From Myxococcota bacterium (GTDB lineage Bacteria; Myxococcota_A; UBA796; SXON01), in assembly GCA_040386535.1 (NCBI GenBank), contig JAZKFH010000026.1, positions 1 to 53,961 of the forward strand: a stretch of 53,961 bases of DNA, in the 5' to 3' direction. Positions 17,361 through 26,674 of the stretch are shown one piece after another (the first letter of the stretch is position 1; the number at the start of each line of letters is the position of its first letter). Made by a program: the position numbers and the translations under genes. The notes under the pieces are model-generated. The model did not search any database and was not told the origin of the DNA. It saw only the letters and a list, made by a program, of their open reading frames with translations.

Positions 17361-19430
17361 ATGGCGACAACCCACCAACGACGCCCCGACGGCAAGGCCC
17401 CCGACCCGCGCACGCTCGTGGAGCCGAAGGACCGCGCCGCGCTCGAAACCCAGCTCCAGAAGCTCGACGAGCAGCAGCGCATCCTCGAGCAGCGGGGCGA
17501 GTCCGAAGGCGGGCTCGACGCCGAGGTGGCCGCGCGCCTGCAGCCCTCGATGGGAAACGCGGCGATCGCCGGGCTCCTGAACCGCGCGACCGACACCGCC
17601 TCGGCGCAATCGGGCGACACCGCGCTGGAGGAGGCGCAGGAGGAAGAGAAGGAGGAGGAAGGCGAGGAGAAGGAGGCCGGCGAGATCGAGCACGTGCTCC
17701 CCTCGTTCTCGACGGGCGGCGGCGGCGGCGGCGGCAGCAGCCCGCCCTGGGCCATGGGCCGCATGCTCGGCGGTGACGACGACGACGAGATCGAGGCCAT
17801 CGAGGTCATCGCGGCCGGCTGGCGCCCGATGCCCACGATGCCGGACGCCGACGAGGACGGCGAGCTCGAAGCCGGAGACGACAGCGACAACGCCGACGAG
17901 CCCGATGCCATCGATCTGCGCGAGGCCAACGCCGCCCTCGGCGACGCGCCCTGGCGCCCCGCGGTGCTGGCCCGCGGCCTCCGCCATCCGCGCCTGCTCG
18001 GCCGCCGCGCCTTCGGCCCCGAAGCACTGGTGGACGCGAGCGGGCTCGACCACGCCCTCGGCCGCGCCCGGGCCATGCTCCGCTTCGTCGCGCTCCACGG
18101 AGACGGGCTCGACGCCGTGCTCCTCGCCCGCGCCGCCGTCGGCAGCGGCCAGCCCGTATTTCCCCCGGCGGCCGGCTTCGCCGGCGCCACCGCTCGCGCG
18201 CTCGCCCTCGTCGAGGTGGCCCTCGCCAGCTTGCCGCCGGGCTGGGGCGCGGTGCTCGACGTCGCGGTCGACCCGCGCGCGCGCGCCCGCATCGAAAACG
18301 TGGCCGTGGTCGTGGCCGAGGCCGGTGGCCTCTCCGCGACCGCCCTGTTCGAGGCCGTCGGGGGCCAGCCCATCGAGGCCGCCGACGTCGAGCTCGTCCT
18401 CGGCGGCCACCCCGCCGCGCTCGCCGCCCTCGCCGCCGCCGCGCGCCCCGATCCCCTCCCCCTCGTCGACCTCTGGGTCCGCCCCGCCGCGCGCCTCCCC
18501 GACGGTCCCCAGCGGGACCCCCAGGCCGACGCGCTCGACGCCGTCCTCGCCCGCTTCACCGGCGCGGCCGAGCCTGACGGCCCCGGCATCTCCCACGCCG
18601 ACGTCGCCGCGCTCTTCGAGAGCATGAACCTCCTGCTCGGCGCCATCGGCGCGGTGCTCGTCGAGGTCGCGTCCGCCGGCGTCGCGGTGGCGCCCTACGT
18701 CGATCCCCGCCGCATCGCGGGCGTGCTCGACCAGACCGAGCGGGTGTTGCGCCGCGCCGCGCGTCGCCTCTACAGCGGCGGCGAGGCCCTCGAAGCGCTG
18801 CTCGGCACCGAGGACGAGGAGCGCGTCCACGCGCTCTCCGTCGACACCCTCGGTGTCCGCTCCACCGCCGACCTCGCGCGCCAGTCCGCCCTCGCGACGC
18901 TCGCTGGCTTCCTGCTCGACAGCGAGCCCCAGCCGCCCGACCTCCCCGACCTGTACGCCCGCGCCGAGGCCGAGGCCCTCGCCGGCCGCGCCGCCTCCGC
19001 CCGCTCCCTGCTCGACGCCGCCATCGTCTCCGCGCCCCCCGAGCTCGAAGGCCGCATGCTCCTCGCCGGCGGCGGCCTGCTCCTGCGCCTCGGTTTTCCC
19101 GAGGCCGGCCAGCTCGCCGAAGCCGCCGAGCGCCTCGGCACCGGCGTCCTCGCGGCGGGGGCGCGCTCGCTCTCCGCCGGCCTCGCCCTGGCCCGCGAAC
19201 ACTGGGGCGCCGCCGAGGTCGACGCCCAGGCCGGCCTCCGCCTCGGCGCCACCTTCCGCCTCCCCTACGTCGTGGCCGACGCGGCGTGCACCCGCGCCAC
19301 CGCCGTCGCCCACCGCGGCGGCGACTGGCGCGCCGGGCTCGTCGAGGCCGCCGGGTGGCTGCGCGAGCGCGACGAGGGAGGCGCGCTCAACCTGCTCAAG
19401 GCGCGGTGGGCGGAGCTGGCGGCGGGCTGA
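17361..19430 (+). CDS. Hypothetical protein with LQxSxGNAA motif, acidic tract and helical repeat C-terminus
   Basis: ATG start MATTHQRR; LQPSMGNAAIAGLL; Glu/Asp-rich stretch; Ala/Leu helical C-terminus. Confidence 0.75.
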   Translation: MATTHQRRPDGKAPDPRTLVEPKDRAALETQLQKLDEQQRILEQRGESEGGLDAEVAARLQPSMGNAAIAGLLNRATDTASAQSGDTALEEAQEEEKEEEGEEKEAGEIEHVLPSFSTGGGGGGGSSPPWAMGRMLGGDDDDEIEAIEVIAAGWRPMPTMPDADEDGELEAGDDSDNADEPDAIDLREANAALGDAPWRPAVLARGLRHPRLLGRRAFGPEALVDASGLDHALGRARAMLRFVALHGDGLDAVLLARAAVGSGQPVFPPAAGFAGATARALALVEVALASLPPGWGAVLDVAVDPRARARIENVAVVVAEAGGLSATALFEAVGGQPIEAADVELVLGGHPAALAALAAAARPDPLPLVDLWVRPAARLPDGPQRDPQADALDAVLARFTGAAEPDGPGISHADVAALFESMNLLLGAIGAVLVEVASAGVAVAPYVDPRRIAGVLDQTERVLRRAARRLYSGGEALEALLGTEDEERVHALSVDTLGVRSTADLARQSALATLAGFLLDSEPQPPDLPDLYARAEAEALAGRAASARSLLDAAIVSAPPELEGRMLLAGGGLLLRLGFPEAGQLAEAAERLGTGVLAAGARSLSAGLALAREHWGAAEVDAQAGLRLGATFRLPYVVADAACTRATAVAHRGGDWRAGLVEAAGWLRERDEGGALNLLKARWAELAAG

Positions 19431-19477
19431 CGGGTGGCGGCCGGAGAAGCGCACACGCGAGCCGGTGCGCAACGATC

Positions 19478-19614
19478 CGCGCGGCAGCCGGCCGGAGCGG
19501 CGGACGGCGGAGCCGGCCGGTTCGGCGCCCGACGCCGGCAGGCGGCGCCGCGCCAACCGAGCGCAAAGCGCGAGCCCGCAGGTCGGCGACGGCGGCCCTG
19601 CCGCCGGGCCGCCC
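19478..19614 (+). repeat. Dispersed four-hairpin element, copy C
   Basis: Closest to copy A; ggtt C ggcgc..gcgcc aacc-ga-[gcgc aaa gcgc]-gagcccgcagg..cga-[cggcggc cct gccgccg]-ggccgccc. Confidence 0.9.
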
Positions 19615-19650
19615 GGGATGCTACGGGCCCCGAAGAGCCGGAACGCCACG

Positions 19651-20511
19651 ATGACCGCCCGCTACGTCCTCCTCGACTTCGACGGCACCCTCACCGCGCC
19701 CGAGCACGTCACCGCCGCGTTCCTGGCGGACTACCGCATGGAATTCCTGGCCGGCATCGGCGAGGCGCACACCGCGCTCTGGGACCGCACGATGGCCGCC
19801 GTGCTCGGCGGCTCCCCCCAGCTCGCGTGGATGCTCGACGGCTACGAGGCCTGCCCCGTCGCCGCCGACCCCTACATCCTCGCCTCCGCGGTCGCGACGC
19901 GCGTGCTCGCCTCGCTCGACCGGTCCGACGATCTGCGCCCGCTCCCCAACGAGCTCTACGCCCGCCTCTACACGCGCCACCGCGCCCCCTTCCGCCCCGA
20001 GACCGCCGACGTCCTCGCGGCCCTGCACGCCACCGGCGCCATCCTCGCCGTCGTCTCCAACGCCTCGACCGGCAAGGTCGAAGGCCGCCTCGACGAGCTC
20101 CTCCGCGACACGCCGCTCCGCCGCGCGATCCGCGTGTTCGGCGGCGCGCGAAAGTTCTCCGTCCGCCCCGCCACGCGCGCCACGCCCGCCCGCCCCACCT
20201 TCGACGCGCTCCCGGACCTCGCGCCCCCCACCGAAGGCCTCGGCCGCCCCACCTGGCTCCGGCGCGGCGCGTTCTTCGACGCCCTCGCCGACGTGTGGGG
20301 CCAGGACCCCGACGGCCCCGCGAACACGTTGTTCTGCGGCGACATCTGGGAGCTCGATCTCGCGCTCCCCGCCGCCCTCGGCTGCGCCGTGCACCTCGTG
20401 GAGCGGGCGCCACCGCTGGCGACCCACGAGGCCGAACGCGCCGCGGTCGCGATGACGCCGCGGGCGGGGATCAGCGGGGACTTGTGGGGGTTGGTGACGC
20501 GGGAGGGGTGA
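19651..20511 (+). CDS. HAD-family hydrolase
   Basis: LLDFDGTL, VVSNA, FCGD..ELD. Confidence 0.85.
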   Translation: MTARYVLLDFDGTLTAPEHVTAAFLADYRMEFLAGIGEAHTALWDRTMAAVLGGSPQLAWMLDGYEACPVAADPYILASAVATRVLASLDRSDDLRPLPNELYARLYTRHRAPFRPETADVLAALHATGAILAVVSNASTGKVEGRLDELLRDTPLRRAIRVFGGARKFSVRPATRATPARPTFDALPDLAPPTEGLGRPTWLRRGAFFDALADVWGQDPDGPANTLFCGDIWELDLALPAALGCAVHLVERAPPLATHEAERAAVAMTPRAGISGDLWGLVTREG

Positions 20512-21364
20512 CCATCTCCTCACTCAACGCCCACAACCGCTTCGCGTCCGCCACGGACTCGCCCGCCGCCGACGTTCGTTTGGGCGCGCGGTCCATGAAG
20601 TAGTGCCCCGTGGCCGTCGCGAGCTCCGGCGCGGTAGCGGCCCACACCACCGTCTCCGCGCCCTTGTCGGCGCGGCGCTGGAACGGGCGCGTCAACACCA
20701 TGATCAGCCGCGCGATCGGGCCGTTGTTGCGCGCGAAGCCCGTGTCCACGAACCCGGGGTGCAGGCAGGTCGCGGTCACGCCGGTGCCCTCGAGCCGCCG
20801 CGCGAGCTCCCGCGTGAACAGGATGTTCGCCAGCTTCGACTGCCCGTACGCGCCCCACCCCTGCGTCGTGTACTTGCGCATCCCGATGTCGTTCCAGTGC
20901 ATCTTGCCGCGGCGGTGCGCGTTCGACGACACGCTCACCACCCGGCTCGGCGCGCTCTGCTTCAGGCGGTCGAGCAGGAGCGTCGTGAGCAGGAAGTACG
21001 CGAGGTGGTTCAGGGCGAAGGTGCGCTCGATGCCATCCACCGTCTCGTCGCGCGTGGTGTAGATCGCCCCCGCGTTGTTGACCAGCACGTCGAGCCGGTC
21101 GAACCGCGCGAGGAACTCCGCGGCCAGCCGCCGCACCTCCGCTTGCGACGACAGGTCCGCCACCAGCCCCTCCACGTGCGGGTTCACCGCGCGCAGCTCG
21201 GCCACCAGTCCGTCGGTCTTCGCGCGGTCCCGCCCCACCACCACCAGCCGCGCGCCCGACGGGGCCAGCGCGAGGGCCGCCTGCCGCCCGATGCCGGACG
21301 TGGCGCCGGTGAGGAGAATCACCTTCCCATCCATTCGTGTCGCGGGCAGCGGAGGATTGACCAT
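20471..21364 (-). CDS. SDR-family oxidoreductase (retinol dehydrogenase-like)
   Basis: TGATSGIG, LVNNAG, YGQSK, HPGFVDT; alternative start at 21334. Confidence 0.93.
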   Translation of the reverse strand: MVNPPLPATRMDGKVILLTGATSGIGRQAALALAPSGARLVVVGRDRAKTDGLVAELRAVNPHVEGLVADLSSQAEVRRLAAEFLARFDRLDVLVNNAGAIYTTRDETVDGIERTFALNHLAYFLLTTLLLDRLKQSAPSRVVSVSSNAHRRGKMHWNDIGMRKYTTQGWGAYGQSKLANILFTRELARRLEGTGVTATCLHPGFVDTGFARNNGPIARLIMVLTRPFQRRADKGAETVVWAATAPELATATGHYFMDRAPKRTSAAGESVADAKRLWALSEEMVTPPASPTPTSPR

Positions 21365-21468
21365 GGGACTCCCAATGTCGAGCGTGGTGGCGCCGCGTCG
21401 TTCCTCTATCCGCGTGCGACCCGCGCGGCGCGGGCGTGATAGCACTCGCGGCCTTTCGGTGGAGCCCC

Positions 21469-22395
21469 GTGTCAGGAACCATCCCGGTCGTCGACTTGAC
21501 CGCCTACACGGGGGCCGATCCGGCCGCCCGTGCCGCTTTCGTGCGCACCCTCGGCGAGGGCCTGGAGCGCTTCGGGTTCGTGGCCGTCTCGGGCCACGGC
21601 ATCGCGCCCGCCACGCTCGAGGCGGCCTACGCCGTCGCGAGGCAGGTGTTCGCGCTCCCCACCGACGTGAAGCGTAGCTACGAGACCCCGCAGGACGGCC
21701 GCCAGCGCGGCTACACGTCCTTCGGCGTCGAGCACGCCAAGGACACCGTGGTGCCCGACCTCAAGGAGTTCTGGCACGTCGGCCGCACCCTCCCCGCCGA
21801 CCACCCCGCGCACACCAGCGGCGACGTTCCCTACAATCGCCACCCCACCGAAGTGCCCGACTTCGGCCCGCTGTTCGACGCGCTCTTCGTCCAGATGGAG
21901 CGTTTCGCCCACCAACTCCTCGTCGGTGTGGCCGAGTACCTCGGGCAGCCCCCCTCGTACTTCCGCGAGATGGTGACCAACGGCAACAGCGTGTTGCGCC
22001 TCATCAATTACCCCGAGCTCGGCGGCGGCGTGCCCGGCGGCGCCCTGCGCGCGGCGGCGCACGAGGACATCAACCTCCTCACCGTGCTCCCCGTCTCCAC
22101 CCGTCCCGGCCTCGAATTGCTCACCCGCGAGGGCGTCTGGTTGCCCGTGCACGTGCCGCCCGACGTGATGGTGTGTGACACCGGCGACATGATGCAGCTC
22201 CTCACCGGCGGCCAACTCCCGGCCACCACCCACCGCGTCGTGAACCCCGGCGGTCGCGACGGCGGCCGCCTCTCCATGCCGTTCTTCCTGCACCCGCACC
22301 CCGACTGGGTCCTCACACCCCTCCGCGGCGACACGGAACCCGTGCGAACGCGCGAGTTCCTGCACGAGCGGCTCAAGGCGATCGGGGTGGCGTAG
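21469..22395 (+). CDS. Isopenicillin N synthase-family 2OG-Fe(II) oxygenase
   Basis: IPVVDL, HED, TTHRV, RLSMPFF. Confidence 0.93.
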   Translation: MSGTIPVVDLTAYTGADPAARAAFVRTLGEGLERFGFVAVSGHGIAPATLEAAYAVARQVFALPTDVKRSYETPQDGRQRGYTSFGVEHAKDTVVPDLKEFWHVGRTLPADHPAHTSGDVPYNRHPTEVPDFGPLFDALFVQMERFAHQLLVGVAEYLGQPPSYFREMVTNGNSVLRLINYPELGGGVPGGALRAAAHEDINLLTVLPVSTRPGLELLTREGVWLPVHVPPDVMVCDTGDMMQLLTGGQLPATTHRVVNPGGRDGGRLSMPFFLHPHPDWVLTPLRGDTEPVRTREFLHERLKAIGVA

Positions 22396-22418
22396 CAGGT
22401 TTGTGTTTGTGTTTGGGG

Positions 22419-22560
22419 GGGCGCCCCGCCCGCGGACGGGCGGCGGGCCTCCTGCGGGCTCGGCCTCACGGCCTCGGCTGGCGGCGCCCGGTCGCTCCGC
22501 GCCCGCGCGGGCCGAGCCACCGCCCCGGGGCGGGCGGTGCCCTCCGGAGTCCCTGGCGCG
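22419..22560 (-). repeat. Dispersed four-hairpin element, copy D, followed by a (CAAACA)n tract
   Basis: Minus strand: cgcgccagggactccggagggc-[accgccc..gggcggt]-ggct C ggc..gcc agcc-ga-[ggcc gtga ggcc]-gagcccgcagg..[ccgcccg tccg cgggcgg]-ggcgccc. Confidence 0.85.
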
Positions 22561-22670
22561 GGGGTGGTTGGGCCTCGGCGGCCGACGTCAGACGGCCGGA
22601 GCGGTCACAACTTGGGAGGATGTCGAGGACGTTGGGAGTCCTGGCCGCTTCACGCCCAACGATCTCAGTG

Positions 22671-23336
22671 TCAGGGAGCCCTGGCCGCCAAAGGGGCCTC
22701 CCAACCACAGCTTCGCAGAGCTCCGACCACTTCGACAAAGTCCGCATGCGTGCGCGACGGCGCGATCCGAACCGCCACGAGGTCTTCCGAGCGGGCGGCG
22801 GGACCGTACCTTGCACAAATCGCCGCCCGATCCAGCGGCACCGCGGCCACCACGTCCCGAGAGCCCGGCGCCTCGGAGTTGAACAGTTGGAGGATCGTGA
22901 GCGTTCCCACGACCAGTTGCTTCCCCTCGCGGGCGACGACGAGCGCCTTGTCGCCCCGAAAGGCCCGCTCCTCGAGGCTCGGGGTCGCGCAGCCGGGGTT
23001 CTCGACATACAGAACGTCCCGCATCTCCCCGGAGCAATGTCGCGGCGAGAGCGCGAACGCGACCCTCGCCGCCCCACCCGCGAAGGCCCTCTCCAACACC
23101 TCGATGGTCACCCCTACCGGCGCATCGGCCTCGATCGACGCCTGCTCCACGTCCGCGCACCTCGCCGCGGTCACAGGCGACGCCCGCGACCGCGACGCAA
23201 CGGCCATACACGCGTATCCAGCCGAGAGGTGTGGAAGTTTCGGCGCGGGCGGGTCCCCACACGTCTGTAGACCGAACGCTACGACCAGGGCGCCGAGCGG
23301 TGTCAGCGCGCGCGAGCGCGACGGAGTTCGTGTCAC
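22671..23336 (-). CDS. Hypothetical protein, weak ExbD-like segments
   Basis: Hydrophobic N-terminus; ADAPVGVTIEVLERAFAGGAARVAF; start uncertain. Confidence 0.45.
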   Translation of the reverse strand: MTRTPSRSRALTPLGALVVAFGLQTCGDPPAPKLPHLSAGYACMAVASRSRASPVTAARCADVEQASIEADAPVGVTIEVLERAFAGGAARVAFALSPRHCSGEMRDVLYVENPGCATPSLEERAFRGDKALVVAREGKQLVVGTLTILQLFNSEAPGSRDVVAAVPLDRAAICARYGPAARSEDLVAVRIAPSRTHADFVEVVGALRSCGWEAPLAARAP

Positions 23337-23541
23337 GATCGGGGCACGCGTGGTCGACGGAGCGAAGTCAGGCACACGGAACACTCGACACCCACACCGC
23401 CGGCGGGTTCCATCCGTATGCGGCGGCTCCCCGACCGACCCGCGCGAGATGGAACGAGGCGGCCGCGCACCCACTCTCGAACACGCCGCCGGCGCCCCGC
23501 GCGCCTGGTTTTGAGGTCACCCCCCCTGAACGCCGCTAAAT

Positions 23542-23670
23542 CGGAGTCATGTCCCCTTGAACGCCGGATCCAAGGGTCGCGACGGGCGCCGCCACGGAGC
23601 AAGCGGCATTTTTCGGGCCCCAACGAGCGCACCCAACCTGAATCCGCTCATTCAATCGGGCATGACTCCG
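23542..23670. repeat. MITE-like segment bounded by ~20-bp imperfect inverted repeats
   Basis: cggagtcatgtccccttgaa ... ttcaatcgggcatgactccg. Confidence 0.55.
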
Positions 23671-23782
23671 CGCCGCGTGCATTCACCGTGGCATGACTCG
23701 CGGTGGGCTCCCGTTGCGGGCCGCCACCCCTTCGGGGCGGTGGTCACGCGCGCGACGTTCAGAGCGACGGGCCCCTGCCCGC

Positions 23783-24295
23783 CTACGCCCCCTCGCTCTC
23801 CATGCCCTTCTCCGCCACACTCGCAAACTTCACCCACACCCCCCGATGCTCGAGTGGCGCCTGCACGAAGGCCGCGGGCACCACGATTCGGACCTCCGCC
23901 ACCGTGGGCACGGGGTCTCCGTACTCGCTCACGAGGACGCGCATCCCTGGAACCGATGTCACCGCGGCATCGAGCCACGCTTCGAACGCGCGTCGCCCCC
24001 TGTCCCCGCGCGCCCGCGACGCGCCGCGCGCCTCGATCGCACGCTCGATCTTGGCGCGACTCCAGCCTTGTTTTCCCCTCCGCGCCCGCTCCTGCTCGGC
24101 GCGATCGCCGGACTCCCGCGCGACGAGCGCGCATGCGCACCCACCGACCTCCGCCAGCAGCAGCCGAGAGCCAGGAGGGCAGCCGCCCATCACGTCCTCC
24201 CGCAGGTCGAAGCCCTCGGCCGCCGGCAGCGGGAAGCGAGCGCGATGGAGGACGTGGAGCCGGTAGCACACGGTAGGCGTCGCCTCGGTGGTCAC
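23783..24295 (-). CDS. Hypothetical protein
   Basis: Protein-like composition, GGCAC and GWSRAKIERAI motifs; start may be ~24271. Confidence 0.6.
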   Translation of the reverse strand: MTTEATPTVCYRLHVLHRARFPLPAAEGFDLREDVMGGCPPGSRLLLAEVGGCACALVARESGDRAEQERARRGKQGWSRAKIERAIEARGASRARGDRGRRAFEAWLDAAVTSVPGMRVLVSEYGDPVPTVAEVRIVVPAAFVQAPLEHRGVWVKFASVAEKGMESEGA

Positions 24296-24325
24296 TGGAT
24301 AACCCTGCTGGCCACGATGTCATCA

Positions 24326-24362
24326 CGCGCGTGAGGTGCCTGAAGGGCGGCCGCGTCGGCCG
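24326..24362 (+). repeat. Partial (5') copy of the four-hairpin element
   Basis: cgcgcgtgaggtgcctgaagggc-[ggccg cgt cggcc]. Confidence 0.5.
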
Positions 24363-24400
24363 GGGGGCACAGCCGGAATCGCACGCAGACACAGCCAACG

Positions 24401-25177
24401 CTACTCACACGTCCGTGTCTCCCACACACACGTGACGCTCACCACTCCGTCGAAGGAGTAGACGGCCACGGGCTCGTAGTCGAGCCAACCCTCCTCTGTG
24501 GGCAGACCGTCGAAGAACGCGATGTCGTTCGGGGTGTTGTCGTCCACGCCGGGGGTGCCGAGATCCACGTTCACCAAGGTGACCGTGCCGGGCCCCTGTA
24601 GCGTGAACGCGCCGCCGTCGCGATACGCCGTGTTGGACACGATACGGCTGTCGGTGATGGTGATGGCGGGGCGGCTGCCATCGGCGGGCGCGGCGGCGAC
24701 GGCGAGCCCCGCGCTCCAGGTTGCCACGTTGTCGCGGATCTCTACGTTGGTGACCGCCAGCTCCGACGCCCCGGTCGACACGCCGCCGCCGAAGCCGCCG
24801 CCGATGGACTCGTCCACGTTGTAGACGGCAAACCCGCCTCGCAACGTCATCCCGGAGAGGGCGAGGGGCACCAGTGAATCGCCGGTGAGAATCGAGTTGC
24901 CGTCGTAGCCGTCTTCCTCGCCGTCGAACACGGTGACGCCCACACCCGCGCCTTCCACGCGCATGTCCGACTCCGCGTAGATGCTGTCGCGCCCCGGGAA
25001 CGTGCCCGCGCAGACGGTCACCAGGCCACCACCCGTGCGCGTGGTTGCGTCGAACAGGCTCCCGTACGTCTCACCCGCGGCGATCACGGTGCCGTCGGGA
25101 CAGAAGGGCTCGGGGTCGGCGCCGCTACAGGCCGCAAGCCCGATCAGGGACGCGATGCGACGCCAGGCTTCGATCAT
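24401..25177 (-). CDS. Putative lipoprotein with beta-helix (pectin lyase-like) repeats
   Basis: Lipobox LAAC; GGG..., I.DN.A, ITDSRIVSNTA..GG repeats. Confidence 0.7.
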   Translation of the reverse strand: MIEAWRRIASLIGLAACSGADPEPFCPDGTVIAAGETYGSLFDATTRTGGGLVTVCAGTFPGRDSIYAESDMRVEGAGVGVTVFDGEEDGYDGNSILTGDSLVPLALSGMTLRGGFAVYNVDESIGGGFGGGVSTGASELAVTNVEIRDNVATWSAGLAVAAAPADGSRPAITITDSRIVSNTAYRDGGAFTLQGPGTVTLVNVDLGTPGVDDNTPNDIAFFDGLPTEEGWLDYEPVAVYSFDGVVSVTCVWETRTCE

Positions 25178-25245
25178 GCGGCCTCCTCGACTGTCAGGAT
25201 AGCCTACCCGCAGTGAACCGGGGCCTCCCGCGGTTAGGAGGTTGC

Positions 25246-25632
25246 ATGCGCTTCCTCCACACCATGATCCGCGTCCGCGACCTCGACCGGTCGCTCGACT
25301 TCTACACCCGCCTGCTCGGCATGCGCCTGCTCCGCAAAAGCGATTACCCCGGCGGCCGGTTCACCCTGGCGTTCGTCGGCTACGAGGAGGAGTCCGCGGG
25401 CACCGTGCTCGAGCTGACACACAACTGGGATCAGGCCGAGCCCTACACGGTCGGAGACGCGTGGGGCCACATCGCCATCGGGGTGGACGACATCTACGCC
25501 GTGTGCGCGCGCCTCGCCGCCGAGGGCGTGCCCGTGCCGCGGCCGCCGGGCCCCATGAAGCATGGGAACACGATCATCGCGTTCGTGGAGGACCCGGATG
25601 GGCGGAAGGTGGAGCTGATCGGGGGGCGGTAG
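25246..25632 (+). CDS. gloA: Lactoylglutathione lyase (glyoxalase I)
   Basis: MRFLHTMIRV.DLDRSLDFY, LELTHNW, GHIAIGV, FVEDPDG.KVELI; AGGAGG RBS. Confidence 0.97.
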   Translation: MRFLHTMIRVRDLDRSLDFYTRLLGMRLLRKSDYPGGRFTLAFVGYEEESAGTVLELTHNWDQAEPYTVGDAWGHIAIGVDDIYAVCARLAAEGVPVPRPPGPMKHGNTIIAFVEDPDGRKVELIGGR

Positions 25633-25652
25633 GGGGCGGCGGCGTCCCAAGT

Positions 25653-25696
25653 GGCAACAACTCGGGGCCTCGGCATCGAGCCTCCGAGTTGATGCC
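25653..25696. terminator. Hairpin between convergent genes (terminator or REP-like)
   Basis: ggcaacaactcgg...ccgagttgatgcc inverted repeat; no U-tract. Confidence 0.4.
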
Positions 25697-25702
25697 GCAT
25701 CC

Positions 25703-26608
25703 CTACGGGGCGCGCGCCCCACCCTCCCAAGCCGGCACCAACGCCAACACCTGCCGCTCGAACACCCCGGGGTCCGCCTCCACGATCAACATCCCGATCA
25801 ACGCGACCACCGCGAGCATCCACACACGCCGCCGCGCGAGCATCACCATCGGAAGCGTCACGACGGCGATGGTCGCCGCGATCAAACGATACGCCGTCTG
25901 GAGCTCCTCCCGGCGCCGCAGCAGCGCGGCCGCCTTCTGCTCCGCGTTCACGATGGCGCTGTTGACGAACCCGAGCTCTTGGGCGGCCCCGAACCCGCCG
26001 AGGAGCAACACCGTGACCCCGATGGCGAGCGCCACGGCCACGGTCCCCCGCGCGTCATCGTCGTGCGACACGCGGGCGAGCACCCACGCCCCGCGCACGA
26101 CCAACACGGCCGCCGCGAGCATCGGGAGCACCATCTGCTCGAAGTGGAACCGGTAGACGCCGCTCCCCACCCACCCGATCGCCATGAGTAGCAGCAGCGG
26201 CAGCACGGACCACGCCCGCGCGGGCCTTCCATCGCCGCGCACCCGGACACCGAACACGAGAACGGCGGCCCCGGGCGCAGCCGCCACCGCGGTGAGCCAC
26301 GGCAGGGCGGCGCGGCAGCGATTCATGTACTGGGCCCAAGTCGCCGCCTTCTGGTCGTCCGCCACGCCGGCGACGACATTGCCGGCCCCGCCCTCCAACC
26401 AGGCCGCCCCCGCCAGCAGCACGACCAACTGAACCAGCAGGACCCACGTCGCGACCGCGGGTGCCGCAGCGCCCCCGCGCCGCGACCGCCACGCCACCCA
26501 AGAGGCCCACCCCAATCCAACCAACCCGAGCACGAGCTGCGCAGCGCCGACCGGCTGGGTCTGCTCCAGATGATGTGCGACCTGGTACGCGAGCTCCTCC
26601 CAGTACAC
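25703..26608 (-). CDS. Multi-pass membrane protein, hypothetical
   Basis: Several TM segments; start uncertain. Confidence 0.65.
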   Translation of the reverse strand: MYWEELAYQVAHHLEQTQPVGAAQLVLGLVGLGWASWVAWRSRRGGAAAPAVATWVLLVQLVVLLAGAAWLEGGAGNVVAGVADDQKAATWAQYMNRCRAALPWLTAVAAAPGAAVLVFGVRVRGDGRPARAWSVLPLLLLMAIGWVGSGVYRFHFEQMVLPMLAAAVLVVRGAWVLARVSHDDDARGTVAVALAIGVTVLLLGGFGAAQELGFVNSAIVNAEQKAAALLRRREELQTAYRLIAATIAVVTLPMVMLARRRVWMLAVVALIGMLIVEADPGVFERQVLALVPAWEGGARAP

Positions 26609-26674
26609 CCCGTCCCTCCGTCGCCCAGAGATATCCCGCCCCCACCTCCGCCCCAACAGGATAAACCGCCCGGC

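Noticed and set aside
10088..19649. Very long ORFs (1025, 1422, 1546 and 1643 aa) as giant proteins
   Set aside because: Antisense shadows or upstream extensions caused by scarce stop codons at high GC; the supported genes start at 14721, 17279 and 17361.
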